64,000 bases of DNA. Origin: an uncultured Photobacterium sp. GTDB taxonomy: Bacteria; Pseudomonadota; Gammaproteobacteria; Enterobacterales; Vibrionaceae. The DNA lies in NCBI GenBank assembly GCA_947039525.1, contig CAMQZF010000001.1, positions 185 to 64,184 of the forward strand, given 5' to 3'. The notes under the pieces were generated by a model. That model ran no database searches and was not told where the DNA came from. It saw only the letters and a list, made by a program, of their open reading frames with translations. Shown here one piece after another: positions 41,844 to 55,374 of this stretch. The translations under genes and the position numbers were made by a program. Each line of letters starts with the position of its first letter. Position 1 is the stretch's first letter.

Positions 41844-41966
41844 AGCGAATTCCATGTAACGAATTGATGATTCATCCTAATCGACCCACTGATGAAGATC
41901 ATAAATGGTCGTGAAAGACATTAATAAGCTCACGATTTTTTTGAAAAACCGGTAAATTCATCCCTA

Positions 41967-41983
41967 TACTGGTCAGACCATGA
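41967..41983. promoter_or_regulatory. FadR box upstream of fadH
   Basis: TACTGGTCAGACCATGA vs consensus AACTGGTCnGACCAGTT. Confidence 0.8.
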
Positions 41984-41999
41984 TGGTAAAAGGACGTGA

Positions 42000-44036
<2,037 letters not shown>

Positions 44037-44106
44037 GTTATCAGTGTTTTTTATTAAGGCTCATCCTGTATGATAAGGTTTTCTCTTTGTCTGGTGATTA
44101 GAAATT

Positions 44107-44655
44107 ATGGATGCTTTATCGTTATTATTACATCGTCGTTCTTTGCCTAAATTGGATTTACCTGCGCCACAAGGGGCTGAATTAGAGTGTATTTTACAAG
44201 CGGGTTTGCGTGCTCCTGATCATGGTGGGTTAACGCCTTGGCGCTTTGTGGTTGCTCAAGATGAAGGATTACAAAAGTTAGCCGATATTTTGGTGTCTGC
44301 AGCGAAAGCGGATCAATTAGAAGATGCCGTGATTGAGAAAGCGAGCCATGCATCTTTACGTGCCCCAATGGTGATAACGGTAATAGCTGATGTCACTCCC
44401 GATCATAAGGTGCCAGTTTTTGAGCAGCATTTGTCTGCAGGCTGTGCAGTCCAAGCGATGCAAATGGCTGCGGTCGCCCAAGGCTTTTCTGGATTTTGGC
44501 GTACCGGATCTTGGGCTTATCATCCCGTGGTTCGACAAGCATTTAAGTTGAAAGAAGACGATCAAATTGTTGGCTTTTTGTATGTGGGAACGCCCCAGTG
44601 TCGAGAGGCAAAAGTGCCCAATCGAGATTTAGCCAATTATGTTGAATATTTATAA
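44107..44655 (+). CDS. ydjA: NAD(P)H nitroreductase
   Basis: RRS, RAPDHG.LTPWRF, WRTG, VGFLYVGT. Confidence 0.9.
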   Translation: MDALSLLLHRRSLPKLDLPAPQGAELECILQAGLRAPDHGGLTPWRFVVAQDEGLQKLADILVSAAKADQLEDAVIEKASHASLRAPMVITVIADVTPDHKVPVFEQHLSAGCAVQAMQMAAVAQGFSGFWRTGSWAYHPVVRQAFKLKEDDQIVGFLYVGTPQCREAKVPNRDLANYVEYL

Positions 44656-44808
44656 TAAAATGCATTTTTTAGGTTTTTAAGTTTTAAAAACAAGCACTTT
44701 TAAGAAAATTAAAGGTGCTTTTTTATATCATTGAACCTTGGTCAGGTGACTATTTTCATCCTCAAGAGTAGAATCACGCTCTTTTCTACTTTAATTGGAG
44801 TTTGGTCA

Positions 44809-45852
44809 ATGACCGATATTACCGATGTTCGCTTAACACAATACAGTCATGGTGCGGGTTGTGGTTGTAAAATTTCCCCTCAAGTGCTTGATACAATCTT
44901 ACACTCGCAAATCGCCCCTTTTCATGATCCTAATTTATTAGTGGGTAATGAGAATAAAGACGATGCGGCAGTTTATGATTTAGGTAACGGTACTGGCGTG
45001 ATCAGTACAACTGATTTCTTCATGCCAATTGTTGATGACCCTTATGATTTTGGTCGTATTTCAGCAACGAATGCCATCAGTGATATTTATGCGATGGGCG
45101 GCAAGCCAATTATGGCCGTTGCGATTTTAGGTTGGCCAGTCAATGTATTATCACCGGAAATCGCACGTAAAGTGATTGAAGGCGGTCGTGCTGTTTGTCG
45201 TGATGCCGGTATTGCTTTGGCTGGTGGACATTCCATTGATGCCCCTGAGCCTATTTTTGGTTTGGCTGTGACGGGCATTGTTGATACTGATCGTGTTAAG
45301 CGTAATGACCGTGCTGAAGCTGGTTGTAAACTGTTTTTGACTAAGCCTTTGGGCATTGGCGTGTTAACAACAGCAGAGAAAAAATCTTTATTGCGCGATG
45401 AGCACAAAGGGCTAGCGTGCCAGTGGATGTGTCAATTAAACAAACCTGGAGCTTACTTAGCTGACATTGATGGTGTCAAAGCCATGACAGATGTGACGGG
45501 CTTTGGTCTTTTGGGGCATTTGAGTGAGATTTGTTTGGGTAGTGGTTTAAAAGCTCGAGTGAATTTCGACCAAGTGCCTTATTTGCCTGGTGTATTTGAT
45601 TACATTGAACAAGGTTGTGTTCCCGGTGGTACAGAGCGTAATTTTGCAAGCTATGGTGAATATTTAGGTCCAATGACAGACGTTCAAAAATCCTTATTGT
45701 GTGATCCACAAACATCAGGTGGTTTGCTATTGGCAGTATCTCCGGAAGCTGAAGAATTAGTTAAAGAAACGGCTAAGATGCACGGTTTAGAGTTAACCGC
45801 GATTGGCGAGCTACATTCACAAGATAACACTGCTTTGATTGAGATTTGTTAA
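44809..45852 (+). CDS. selD: selenide, water dikinase (Cys-type)
   Basis: [39 protein letters not shown]. Confidence 0.97.
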   Translation: MTDITDVRLTQYSHGAGCGCKISPQVLDTILHSQIAPFHDPNLLVGNENKDDAAVYDLGNGTGVISTTDFFMPIVDDPYDFGRISATNAISDIYAMGGKPIMAVAILGWPVNVLSPEIARKVIEGGRAVCRDAGIALAGGHSIDAPEPIFGLAVTGIVDTDRVKRNDRAEAGCKLFLTKPLGIGVLTTAEKKSLLRDEHKGLACQWMCQLNKPGAYLADIDGVKAMTDVTGFGLLGHLSEICLGSGLKARVNFDQVPYLPGVFDYIEQGCVPGGTERNFASYGEYLGPMTDVQKSLLCDPQTSGGLLLAVSPEAEELVKETAKMHGLELTAIGELHSQDNTALIEIC

Positions 45853-46943
45853 TGACTCGTTTGAATACTAACGATTATCGTGCGTTATTTTTAAACGATG
45901 TGCCATTAATGGATATGCGCGCTCCGGTTGAATTCGTTCAAGGTGCATTTCCAATGTCAGAAAGTCATCCTTTGATTTCTGATACTGAGCGTCAAGCGGT
46001 GGGAACTTGTTATAAAGAACAAGGACAAGAGGCGGCATTGAACTTGGGGCATTCATTGGTCAATGGTGAGCTTAAAGCTGCTCGCGTTGCGGAATGGAAA
46101 GCCTTTTGTGAAGCGAACCCTACAGGGTATTTATACTGTTTTCGTGGTGGATTACGTTCACAGATCTCACAGCAATGGCTGAAAGAGGCGGGCATTGATT
46201 TTCCATATGTTGAAGGCGGCTATAAGGCATTACGTCGATTTTTGATTGATACCATTGATGAGGCGGCACAATTACCAATAACGATTGTAGCTGGTAATAC
46301 GGGCAGTGGAAAAACCATCATGATTAATGCCTTGAATCAAGGGATTGATTTAGAGGGGGCAGCTAATCATCGCGGTTCATCTTTTGGACGCTATGTTTCT
46401 GAACAGAATACCCAGATTAATTTTGAAAATAATTTGGCTGTTCAACTGATTAAAGCACAAGACAAAGGTTGTCAGCGATTGGTATTAGAAGATGAAGGTC
46501 GAGTTATTGGCTCGGCGAATGTGCCTCTGTCTTTGTATCAATCGATGCAGCAAGCGGAAATCGTCAAAATCATTGATCCATTGGATGTTCGTCTTGGACG
46601 TTTGCTGGATGATTATGTGATTCGCATGCAACGTGACTTTGTTGATCAATATGGTGAAGAGCAGGGTTGGACCTTATTTGAAACCTATTTAGAACATGGT
46701 TTACGTGGTATTCATCGTCGTTTAGGTCATGAACGCTACGAAGAAGTGTTAGCACATTTACGTTCAGCACTGAGTATTCAGCGTCAAACTGGCGAAGTTG
46801 ATGCCCATTTATTGTGGCTGTCTCCTTTGCTACAAGAATACTACGACCCTATGTACGAATATCAGCTTAGTAATAAAGAAAGCCGTATAGTGTACTCAGG
46901 TACGTATGATGAAGTGATGGCGTGGTTACAACGTCGTGCTTAA
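45852..46943 (+). CDS. selU: tRNA 2-selenouridine synthase
   Basis: rhodanese DMRAPVEF, YCFRGGLRS, GNTGSGKT, ANHRGSSFG, YYDPMY; TAATG overlap with selD. Confidence 0.95.
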   Translation: MTRLNTNDYRALFLNDVPLMDMRAPVEFVQGAFPMSESHPLISDTERQAVGTCYKEQGQEAALNLGHSLVNGELKAARVAEWKAFCEANPTGYLYCFRGGLRSQISQQWLKEAGIDFPYVEGGYKALRRFLIDTIDEAAQLPITIVAGNTGSGKTIMINALNQGIDLEGAANHRGSSFGRYVSEQNTQINFENNLAVQLIKAQDKGCQRLVLEDEGRVIGSANVPLSLYQSMQQAEIVKIIDPLDVRLGRLLDDYVIRMQRDFVDQYGEEQGWTLFETYLEHGLRGIHRRLGHERYEEVLAHLRSALSIQRQTGEVDAHLLWLSPLLQEYYDPMYEYQLSNKESRIVYSGTYDEVMAWLQRRA

Positions 46944-46964
46944 CGTTGATGAGTGATTTTTTCT

Positions 46965-46989
46965 AAGCCTTGCAGTGCAAGGCTTTTTT
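46965..46989 (+). terminator. intrinsic terminator
   Basis: AAGCCTTGCA-G-TGCAAGGCTT plus T-tract. Confidence 0.85.
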
Positions 46990-47112
46990 ATTGATTAATG
47001 GCATATGGCTGTTATTTTTTCTTCGTTTATCTTTAATCATTTTCGCTTCGATTGTTCTTATCGCCGTAATTCGCTAAAGTTGCCCTCTTTTTTCTGCTTG
47101 TTGTGATTTGTT

Positions 47113-49035
47113 ATGACCCGTTGTTTATACATTGCTGAAAAACCCAGCCTTGGGCGAGCGATTGCCGCTGTTTTACCACCACCACACCGTAATCATTCGG
47201 GCTATATTGAGGTGGGAAATGGAGACATTGTCACGTGGTGTATTGGTCACTTATTAGAACAAGTCGAGCCAGATACTTATGATCCTAAATATAAAAAATG
47301 GAACATGAACGATTTGCCGATTATTCCAACACAATGGCAATTAGTACCTCGAGCAGCAGCAAAACAACAGTTAGCAGTGATTAAACAATGGATTCATCAG
47401 GTTGATCATATTGTCCATGCAGGTGATCCCGATCGCGAGGGACAACTGCTGGTGGATGAAGTTATTGATCATCTAAACGTATCAAAAGAAAAAAAGTTGG
47501 CGATTCAACGGTTATTAATTTCAGATTTAAACCCTGCAGCTGTTAAACGAGCCTTACAAAATATGCGCAGTAATCGTGAGTTTATTCCACTGTCAATATC
47601 GGCATTAGCACGTTCTCGAGCCGACTGGTTGTATGGTATGAACATGTCACGGGCTTATACTTTGCTTGGCCAGCGTGGTGGTTACCGTGGTGTTTTGTCT
47701 GTGGGACGAGTACAAACACCGGTATTGGGTTTAGTGGTGCGTCGAGATGATGATATTGCTCAATTTATACCAAAGCCTTTTTATGAAGTCTTTGCCAATA
47801 TCCCTTATGAAGAGAATACCATTCAAGCCCGCTGGCAACCGAGTGAGTCTTGTGAGCCTTGGCAAGATGCGGAAGGGCGATTACTCAACCGTAAGCTGTG
47901 TGAAAATGTGGTGGAAAGAATTACGAATCAGCCCGCTATTGTGACGGAGTCTGAGCGCAAAGAAAGTAAACAAGCCGCGCCTTTGCCTTATTCTTTGTCG
48001 GCATTACAAATTGATGCGGCGAAACGATTTGGGCTGAGTGCTTCTGATGTATTATCGATTTGCCAAAAATTGTATGAAACTCATAAAGTGATTACATATC
48101 CACGTTCTGACAGCCGCCATTTACCAACGGAACATTACCAGCAAGCCTCCTCTGTTTTAGCGGCAATTGAACATGTTGCTCCTGAGTTACGTTCTGGAGT
48201 ACAACAATGTGATGCATTACACCGTTCAAAAGCATGGAATGATAAAAAAATTGAGGCACACCATGCCATTATTCCGACCCCTAAAAAGATGAATTCACAA
48301 AGTTTGAGTGTGCAAGAATTAAAAGTGTATCAATTGATCGCACGTCAGTATCTCATGCAATTTTATCCAGCGGCGGTGTATTGTGAAGCGAAACTGGTTT
48401 TTACCATTAATGGTGGTCAGTTTTTGGCAAAAGGCCGGCAATTGATGAGTGCTGGGTGGCGAGCATTACTGGGTAAAGAAGACGCCAATGATGCGCAAAT
48501 GCTGATGGATAAAGTACCGCCATTAACCGAAGGCACCGAGTTATTGTGTGTCGGAGGAGATATTAAAGATAAGATGACTGAGCCTCCTAAACCCTTTAGT
48601 GAAGCGACTTTATTGCAAGCCATGACGGGTATTGCGCGTTTTGTTGCTGATATGAGCCTAAAGAAAATTTTACGAGAAACGGATGGATTGGGTACTGAAG
48701 CCACGCGGGCGGGTATTATTGAGTTGTTATTTAAGCGTCAATTACTGGTTCGAGAAGGAAAAACCATTCATGCAACACCTGCGGGTAAAGGGCTGATTTA
48801 TGCTTTGCCTGATGAAGCTCGTTATCCTGATATGACGGCTCGTTGGGAGCATCAGCTTCAAGCTATGACAGAAAAAAAACAGTCTTATCAACCTTTTATG
48901 CATTTATTAACGACTCAATTGTGTGAAGTGATTAATAAGGCAAAATTTGGTGGGATACCAGAGAGTTTACGTCAATTGCCAGCAATTGAACCCTCTAAAA
49001 AGAAATGCATCAGTTCTAAAAAACGTTCAAGTTGA
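47113..49035 (+). CDS. topB: DNA topoisomerase III
   Basis: [36 protein letters not shown]. Confidence 0.96.
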   Translation: MTRCLYIAEKPSLGRAIAAVLPPPHRNHSGYIEVGNGDIVTWCIGHLLEQVEPDTYDPKYKKWNMNDLPIIPTQWQLVPRAAAKQQLAVIKQWIHQVDHIVHAGDPDREGQLLVDEVIDHLNVSKEKKLAIQRLLISDLNPAAVKRALQNMRSNREFIPLSISALARSRADWLYGMNMSRAYTLLGQRGGYRGVLSVGRVQTPVLGLVVRRDDDIAQFIPKPFYEVFANIPYEENTIQARWQPSESCEPWQDAEGRLLNRKLCENVVERITNQPAIVTESERKESKQAAPLPYSLSALQIDAAKRFGLSASDVLSICQKLYETHKVITYPRSDSRHLPTEHYQQASSVLAAIEHVAPELRSGVQQCDALHRSKAWNDKKIEAHHAIIPTPKKMNSQSLSVQELKVYQLIARQYLMQFYPAAVYCEAKLVFTINGGQFLAKGRQLMSAGWRALLGKEDANDAQMLMDKVPPLTEGTELLCVGGDIKDKMTEPPKPFSEATLLQAMTGIARFVADMSLKKILRETDGLGTEATRAGIIELLFKRQLLVREGKTIHATPAGKGLIYALPDEARYPDMTARWEHQLQAMTEKKQSYQPFMHLLTTQLCEVINKAKFGGIPESLRQLPAIEPSKKKCISSKKRSS

Positions 49036-49042
49036 TATTAGG

Positions 49043-50677
49043 TTAATCCATCATCATGAATCGGTCTCGTCCTTCTGCTTTTGCTTGATATAAGGCATTA
49101 TCTGTTTGTTCAAAAAAGGATTGGGCCGTCTGTTCTTTATGCGGTGTAATACTGCTCACACCAATACTCAGCGTCACGATATTCGGATTGGAAGTGACGC
49201 CGTTTTCTCTTGGTAATGACAGTTTATGTATGGCTTCAATGGCTTTTTTCGCAATGTGTAATGCACTGTTTTTATCTTGACCGGGTAAAAGCAAAACAAA
49301 CTCTTCACCCCCATAACGGGCAAAAATAGAACCAACTCGACGTTCGATGGTTGATAATGTTTGTGTTATTGCTTTTAAACAGTCATCCCCGGCTGCGTGT
49401 CCATAGCGATCATTGTAGGTTTTGAATAAATCAACATCGAGCAATAACATGGATATCGGAAGTTGATGTCGTTGAGCTCTGCACCATTCTGTTGTATAAG
49501 TTTCATCAAATACGCGGCGATTGGCGATATTGGTTAAAGGATCAGTACGTGAAATGGCTTCGAGCTTAGTATTGAGTTGTTGAAGTTCGTTGGTGCGTTC
49601 ATGAACCCGTTGTTCAAGGTTACGATTGAGGTGACGTAAGTGCTCTTCAGCTCGAATTCTAACCATATGCTGCGAAACAATGAAGGCAAATTGTTTCAGT
49701 AGTTGATGGCAATGATCATAAAATGGCACACCAGAAATTAAATTATCACAAGCAATCCAACCAATGGGGGTGTCTTCATCCCATAATGCCACATAGGCAC
49801 TCCAGCCAAAACCAATGACTCGACAATCATGAAATAGCTGGCAGTCTTCTTGTACGACTAAATAATCTTTATTGACCAGTGTCTTTGAGGTAAACCAGTG
49901 ATCATGAAGTTCTGATCGAAAATAGGATTCATCAACGGTTTCACCATGTATGTTAGTGCCGTATGTCCCTTTTATTTTTTTCTGGTCATCAAATAAAAAA
50001 ATCGCCATTCGATCTATTTTTAACCGCTTTTTTCCTTCATCGACTGCGGTAAATAGAATTTTTTCTAAAGATTCTGTACGCCACATAAGAAAAGAAATGT
50101 CATGTAATGATTGCAATGATTCTAACAAGAGTTGCTGAGAATTTTGGGTTTGTTTAAGTTCTCTTTCTGCACAACGACGACCTGAGTGTTCATTTTGAAT
50201 GGTTTCACTCATTAAGCCTGTATCGAGCTCTGACGCTAATAATGTGCCCAGTAATAAAAACTCATCAATAGAGCATCGAAAATTAGCTGGAAAATCAATG
50301 ATAAGGCAGCCAATGATACGAGAATGGCGTTCTAGTGGAATGAAAATACGCCAATAATTATTATGAGATAAGCTGTAAGGTTGTTGTTGACGTGTTGCTC
50401 GATAAATTTGATGAAAAGGTATGTGCTTATCGTCATCAATATTTTTTGGGGGATAGTAATAATGAATGCCTGTTTCATCCATTTTAAGTAACTGTTGCCA
50501 ATGGGCTTGGTGTGCAATGACCAGTTGAATATGAGTAGGCTGAAACTTTTCATGCAAATGACGACACATTAATTCACAAATGGAACGCAACCCGTGTGTT
50601 TTTCCCCAATGTTTGAGTAAGGGTAAATAGAAATGATCAAAAGGATTGTGTTTATTTGTCACGATGAATGATCTCAA
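49043..50677 (-). CDS. GAF-like sensor diguanylate cyclase
   Basis: coiled coil, DPLTNIANRR, DVDLFK.YND.YGH..GD, RYGGEEF. Confidence 0.9.
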   Translation of the reverse strand: MRSFIVTNKHNPFDHFYLPLLKHWGKTHGLRSICELMCRHLHEKFQPTHIQLVIAHQAHWQQLLKMDETGIHYYYPPKNIDDDKHIPFHQIYRATRQQQPYSLSHNNYWRIFIPLERHSRIIGCLIIDFPANFRCSIDEFLLLGTLLASELDTGLMSETIQNEHSGRRCAERELKQTQNSQQLLLESLQSLHDISFLMWRTESLEKILFTAVDEGKKRLKIDRMAIFLFDDQKKIKGTYGTNIHGETVDESYFRSELHDHWFTSKTLVNKDYLVVQEDCQLFHDCRVIGFGWSAYVALWDEDTPIGWIACDNLISGVPFYDHCHQLLKQFAFIVSQHMVRIRAEEHLRHLNRNLEQRVHERTNELQQLNTKLEAISRTDPLTNIANRRVFDETYTTEWCRAQRHQLPISMLLLDVDLFKTYNDRYGHAAGDDCLKAITQTLSTIERRVGSIFARYGGEEFVLLLPGQDKNSALHIAKKAIEAIHKLSLPRENGVTSNPNIVTLSIGVSSITPHKEQTAQSFFEQTDNALYQAKAEGRDRFMMMD

Positions 50678-50799
50678 TTGCTAATATGAAAATTGAGGTT
50701 GTATTGTCGTTTATTTTTTTTAAAAAAAGGTTTGGTTTTGTCTCATTTATACGAAAGAAGATGTGTCTTTACTGTATTTTGTGAAGTGTTTCTTAGATA

Positions 50800-50824
50800 A
50801 AAGCCATATATTTTATATGGCTTT
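50800..50824 (-). terminator. terminator-like hairpin after yejM
   Basis: AAAGCCATATA...TATATGGCTTT. Confidence 0.6.
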
Positions 50825-50832
50825 GTATTTGG

Positions 50833-52704
50833 TTAGTATCCACTATTTGGTTGATAAAAACGTTTTAGTTCATGCATCACATTGATCAGAGTAGATAGCT
50901 GTGGTTTGGCATTTTGGTTTAATTGATATTGTTGATTGTAAACTCGATAATTACCGTATTTATCAACAACAGTGGTACGATTTTTTTGAATGATAACAAT
51001 ATCGTGATGATTACCTGCCAATACCCATGGACGATCTTTGTTGTTTGCAAACAAACTGTAGCCACTGCTGTAATCATTAATCGGGGATGTTGAGTGAAGA
51101 ACAAACTTCATTAATGTTGGTACAAGATCAAGGTGACTTGTCAACTGACTGATTACTTGTGCTTTATGCTCAGGCCAGTGAATGATCATAGGGACTTTTA
51201 ATTGATATTGACTGTAATTACTGTTTGAACCCCAATTATTATTACTATTATCGTTTAATTCCATTCCGTGATTAGCAGTGATGATAATGATAGTATTTTT
51301 AAGTAAGTCTTTACTTTTTAATTGGTTAATTATTTTAGCTAATTGACCATCAATATGATAAGCCGCATTACGATAACTATTACGCAATAATAAGGTTGGA
51401 TTTGTAGTGACATTATCCGATGCACTGCTGCCTAAAGAGGGAGTAAAGTGAGGGACATAATCACTGTCTTCTTCAAAATCTTTCACACCATTTAATTCAA
51501 TATAACCAAACCATGGTGTTTTATCGGTTTGTTTATTGAGCCATTGGTGCCAATCATGAATGGCTTTATTGTCATTAGGGGCACTTTTTTCTGTTAATTT
51601 TGTTGTGCTTGGCTGTGGTTGTTCACCTAAGATAACTTGGTAATATAAGGGTGAGTGGAATTGATCGCCACTGAATAACCCCAAATTATAATGACGTTTT
51701 GCGAGTGTTGATAGTAAAACGGGTTTGAGCTTTTCGGCACGAACACTGTCCAAATATTGATTTGGTAAACCGTAAAATAACCCAAATAAGCTGTCTACAT
51801 TATTATTACTGGAACTGTAGTGGTTCGTAAAATTCAGGTTATTTTGTGCAAAAGTATGAAGATAAGGCATCGTTTCTTTGTTTACAGCACTACTGCGTAA
51901 ACTGTCGACCATTATCATCAAAATGTTCTGTTTTGTGCCTTCATTCGCAAAGATTAAAGGTTGTAAAGGATAACGAATATGTTGGCTATCGACTAAACCT
52001 TGCTCTGCTTTACGTTTTGCATAGGTTGAAGGATCCAATAATCCATGTTTTTCCATGAAGGTTTTGGCCGTCATAGGGTAGGCAAGTGGAAAGTTGGAAC
52101 GTTGCATCGTCACGGGATAATAAACATTTGCATCAGCCCAAATGTAAATTAAGTGACTGAATAGGAAACAGGCACCAAAGAACCAAGCAATGGTTCCGCC
52201 CACTTTTTTGCGTGAAAACGAACGTTGCTTACGCCAAAGGTATTCAGCTATCAACAGTTCAGCTAAGAAAATGACGGGAACCAACACAAACAGGTATTGC
52301 CAGCGTGCATTTAATTCACTTTTTTCACCACTTAATAAAAGATCCCAGACTAATGGGCTTAGATGTAAATCTAAGGTTTTATAGGCATAAGAATCTAATA
52401 TTAGGACGATTAATCCTACCGTCGCGACGGTTACGGAAAATAACCGCATTAAACGTTGTGATGGAATTAAAAAGCTGGCTGGAAATAGAATCAGTATGTA
52501 TAAGCCAAATACCAAAAAGCCAAAATGTCCTACCCAACTTGAGACTAAATAAAGCTGACCCAGTAGGGTTTGTGGCCATTCTGAATCCATAATATAGCGT
52601 GTACCAATAAGCATGGCAGCGATAATATTAAAGAAACTGAACCAGTGCCCCCAACTGATTAATTGGGATACTTTTTCTTTATAGGTATTTCTGCTGTTGA
52701 CCAT
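50833..52704 (-). CDS. yejM: YejM/LapC (DUF3413 + sulfatase-like) inner membrane protein
   Basis: SQLISWGHWF, PLAYPMTAKTF; adjacent to yejL. Confidence 0.93.
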   Translation of the reverse strand: MVNSRNTYKEKVSQLISWGHWFSFFNIIAAMLIGTRYIMDSEWPQTLLGQLYLVSSWVGHFGFLVFGLYILILFPASFLIPSQRLMRLFSVTVATVGLIVLILDSYAYKTLDLHLSPLVWDLLLSGEKSELNARWQYLFVLVPVIFLAELLIAEYLWRKQRSFSRKKVGGTIAWFFGACFLFSHLIYIWADANVYYPVTMQRSNFPLAYPMTAKTFMEKHGLLDPSTYAKRKAEQGLVDSQHIRYPLQPLIFANEGTKQNILMIMVDSLRSSAVNKETMPYLHTFAQNNLNFTNHYSSSNNNVDSLFGLFYGLPNQYLDSVRAEKLKPVLLSTLAKRHYNLGLFSGDQFHSPLYYQVILGEQPQPSTTKLTEKSAPNDNKAIHDWHQWLNKQTDKTPWFGYIELNGVKDFEEDSDYVPHFTPSLGSSASDNVTTNPTLLLRNSYRNAAYHIDGQLAKIINQLKSKDLLKNTIIIITANHGMELNDNSNNNWGSNSNYSQYQLKVPMIIHWPEHKAQVISQLTSHLDLVPTLMKFVLHSTSPINDYSSGYSLFANNKDRPWVLAGNHHDIVIIQKNRTTVVDKYGNYRVYNQQYQLNQNAKPQLSTLINVMHELKRFYQPNSGY

Positions 52705-52743
52705 AGTATGTGTGATTCCCGGTCGAGCAAATAAATTTGCTTA

Positions 52744-52962
52744 TTAATCTTCTTTGATCGTTGTCAGCAGAGCTTGAGCAAATTTTTCTGCAATGATTTT
52801 ACGATTCGCTTTAGGCACATCAGAATTTAAAATATTAGTAGCCAGATCACCCACAATCATCAGTGCTAATTCTGGGTTAGCTTGGTGTTTTTCAAACACG
52901 TCGTACATATCATCAAGGATCTGTTCAATCTTTTTATTGCTGTATTTTGAAATAATTGGCAT
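52744..52962 (-). CDS. yejL: YejL (UPF0352) protein
   Basis: MPIISKYS...EKH...LALMIVG. Confidence 0.9.
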   Translation of the reverse strand: MPIISKYSNKKIEQILDDMYDVFEKHQANPELALMIVGDLATNILNSDVPKANRKIIAEKFAQALLTTIKED

Positions 52963-53038
52963 AACAAGTCTTGTTTAATGGTAAGGAAAGCGTCTTATAA
53001 TACCTCACACTTTCCGTTAACTGAAAACCTTTTCCATT

Positions 53039-54055
53039 ATGAGTTTGCTACTTTCTAATGTAATTTTGCACCAATTAACTAAAAATGATCAAGAAGAATG
53101 GTCAGTTCAATTGAGAAAACAACCGCTTGAGAACAATTCTGCAACAGAATGCTTTATTGATGAGTTACATAGTGCTTACAGCGCTAAAGGCGCCAAAGGA
53201 TTCGGGCGTTTTGGTGAAAACAGCGATTTTGAATCGTGGTTGAAACAACAGCAGAGCCATCAATTGGACTTTTTGACCTTGTCTGATCGTATCGCTCATC
53301 GTTTTCAGCAAGAAATTGCACAATATTCGTTTGCAGAATCCGGTACTTTAGTTCTGGCATCGTATGAGTCTTTAGCTACGCACTATTTATTTATTGGTTT
53401 ATTACCAATGCATCACAGTGTCACGGTGACAGACACGTTAGAGATTAGTCAAACAGATTATCTTGATGTCGCTAAAATGGACATTGCTGCACGTATTGAT
53501 GTTTCTTTATGGTTGTCAGATCCTGACTCTAATCGTTATCTAACCTTTGTAAAAGGGCGTGTTGGTCGAAAGATAGCTGATTTGTTTTTAGGGTTTTTAC
53601 AAGCTGAAATCGGACTGGATGTTAAAGCACAAAATAAAACATTAATGCGTGCGGTTGAGGATTATTGTACTGATGCTCAATTGGATGAAGATAAAAGCCA
53701 AGCGTGTCGTCAACAAGTCTACGATTACTGCCAAACTCATTTGCAGTTAGGTGAAGAAGTGACTATCGCTGAGCTATCAAAAGAATTGCCATCAACTCAA
53801 GAAGGCGGCGATTTTGATTCTTTCACTAATCAGAAAGGGTATGAGTTAGCAGAGCAATTTCCTGCTGATCGTGCAACAGTCCGTAAATTAACTAAATTTG
53901 TTGGTGCGGGTGGTGGTTTGAATGTGAGTTTTGACAGTGAGTTGTTGGGTGAACGTATTATTTATGATGCTGAAACTGATACGCTGACGATTAAAGGAAC
54001 GCCGCCAAATTTGAAAGATCAACTAAAACGACGTTTACAGCATCAAGAGTCGTAA
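53039..54055 (+). CDS. yejK: nucleoid-associated protein
   Basis: ILHQL, DIAARID, KGRVGRK, LTKFVGAGGG. Confidence 0.95.
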   Translation: MSLLLSNVILHQLTKNDQEEWSVQLRKQPLENNSATECFIDELHSAYSAKGAKGFGRFGENSDFESWLKQQQSHQLDFLTLSDRIAHRFQQEIAQYSFAESGTLVLASYESLATHYLFIGLLPMHHSVTVTDTLEISQTDYLDVAKMDIAARIDVSLWLSDPDSNRYLTFVKGRVGRKIADLFLGFLQAEIGLDVKAQNKTLMRAVEDYCTDAQLDEDKSQACRQQVYDYCQTHLQLGEEVTIAELSKELPSTQEGGDFDSFTNQKGYELAEQFPADRATVRKLTKFVGAGGGLNVSFDSELLGERIIYDAETDTLTIKGTPPNLKDQLKRRLQHQES

Positions 54056-54099
54056 GTTTAATTGAGCTTCAAAGGCAACTAAAGATTCCCGATTAAATC

Positions 54100-54145
54100 A
54101 ACAGGCTGTCGTGTTCTTTTAGCAAAGATGACAGCCTGTTTTTTT
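54100..54145 (+). terminator. intrinsic terminator
   Basis: AACAGGCTGTC...GACAGCCTGTT plus T-tract. Confidence 0.75.
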
Positions 54146-54170
54146 ATGAATTTAACTTACCGTATTGTGA

Positions 54171-55310
54171 TTAGTTAAAATTTGAGATTTTTTGCAATAC
54201 TTTCACTAATAATTGAATTCGAGGCTCAATGCTATCGAGTTGTAAATACTCATCGGGACTGTGGAATCCTGCACCAATAGGGCCAAAACCATCTAGCGTT
54301 GGAATGCCTAAGACTGATGTTAGATTGGCATCGGATCCCCCCCCAACAGCTTGCCAAGTAATTGGAATATCTATCTCTTGTCCTGCTTCTTCAACTAGAG
54401 CCATGAGTTGATGGGTTTCTACTGATGGCGTCATAGAAGGTTTGTGTGCTTCACGTATCAATTGTATGGTCACTCCTTCAGCAAAAGGGGTTCGACTCCA
54501 TTGTTGTAATTGACGGTGTACATGTTCGTATTGTTCATTATCCCAGAAGCGAACATCGACAATGGCTTGTGCATTATCAGGAACAATATTGGAACCTACA
54601 CCACCTTGAACAACTCCTACGTTTAACGTTGTACCAGTTTCAAAATTAGTCAGTTGATTGATTGCAATGATCCAATTGGCCATCTCTGTAATTGCACTGC
54701 GTCCATTTTGTGGATCATTACCCGCGTGGGCAGCTTTACCTGAAAAGTTAATGCAATAACGTGCCATGCCTTTACGTGCTTTTATCAATGATCCATCAGC
54801 ACGCGCAGCTTCTGCAACTAATACGTGGCGAGCATTGATTGCGACGGATTTAAGCCATTCCTCTGAGTGTAAAGAACCAATCTCTTCATCGGGATTCATA
54901 CACACGGCAATGGATAATTGATCGAGTGTGCTCGGATCCATCTCTTGCAATTGACGGATGGCATAAAGAACATTCAATAACCCTGATTTCATATCAGAAA
55001 CACCAGGCCCATAAGCACGGTCTAAGTCCGTCGTCATTGGGCGTTTTGCTACTGTACCTTCAGGGAAAACGGTGTCCATATGGCCAATGAGCATGACATC
55101 AATAATGGGATTATTGGGTTGATTCCGAACTTCAAGACCTACACCTGCTGCACCACAGTCGATGGTTTTTACATTCCAGTTTAACTCTTGGTATTTTGTC
55201 GTGAAAATATCAGCGACTTGCTGAATACCATCAATAGTTAATGTGCCACAATCTACATTAATTAATGGTCGCAATTCATCAAGGTAGGTATCTAAAGAGA
55301 ATGTATTCAT
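54171..55310 (-). CDS. M20 family metallopeptidase (carboxypeptidase G2-like)
   Basis: GHMDTV, GPGVSDMK, DEEIGS, AHAG, GGGSDAN, HSPDE. Confidence 0.9.
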   Translation of the reverse strand: MNTFSLDTYLDELRPLINVDCGTLTIDGIQQVADIFTTKYQELNWNVKTIDCGAAGVGLEVRNQPNNPIIDVMLIGHMDTVFPEGTVAKRPMTTDLDRAYGPGVSDMKSGLLNVLYAIRQLQEMDPSTLDQLSIAVCMNPDEEIGSLHSEEWLKSVAINARHVLVAEAARADGSLIKARKGMARYCINFSGKAAHAGNDPQNGRSAITEMANWIIAINQLTNFETGTTLNVGVVQGGVGSNIVPDNAQAIVDVRFWDNEQYEHVHRQLQQWSRTPFAEGVTIQLIREAHKPSMTPSVETHQLMALVEEAGQEIDIPITWQAVGGGSDANLTSVLGIPTLDGFGPIGAGFHSPDEYLQLDSIEPRIQLLVKVLQKISNFN

Positions 55311-55374
55311 TATGCGTTCCTAGCTACACCAAAGCCAGCCGGAGTCAAAATACTCTGGCTGGATGGAGAAAGAG

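Noticed and set aside
44830-44875. Selenocysteine in the SelD active site
   Set aside because: Codons are TGT (GAGCGCK); no in-frame TGA.
50678-50832. tRNA-Pro often found after yejM in enterobacteria
   Set aside because: No cloverleaf, GTTCGA T-loop or CCA end visible.
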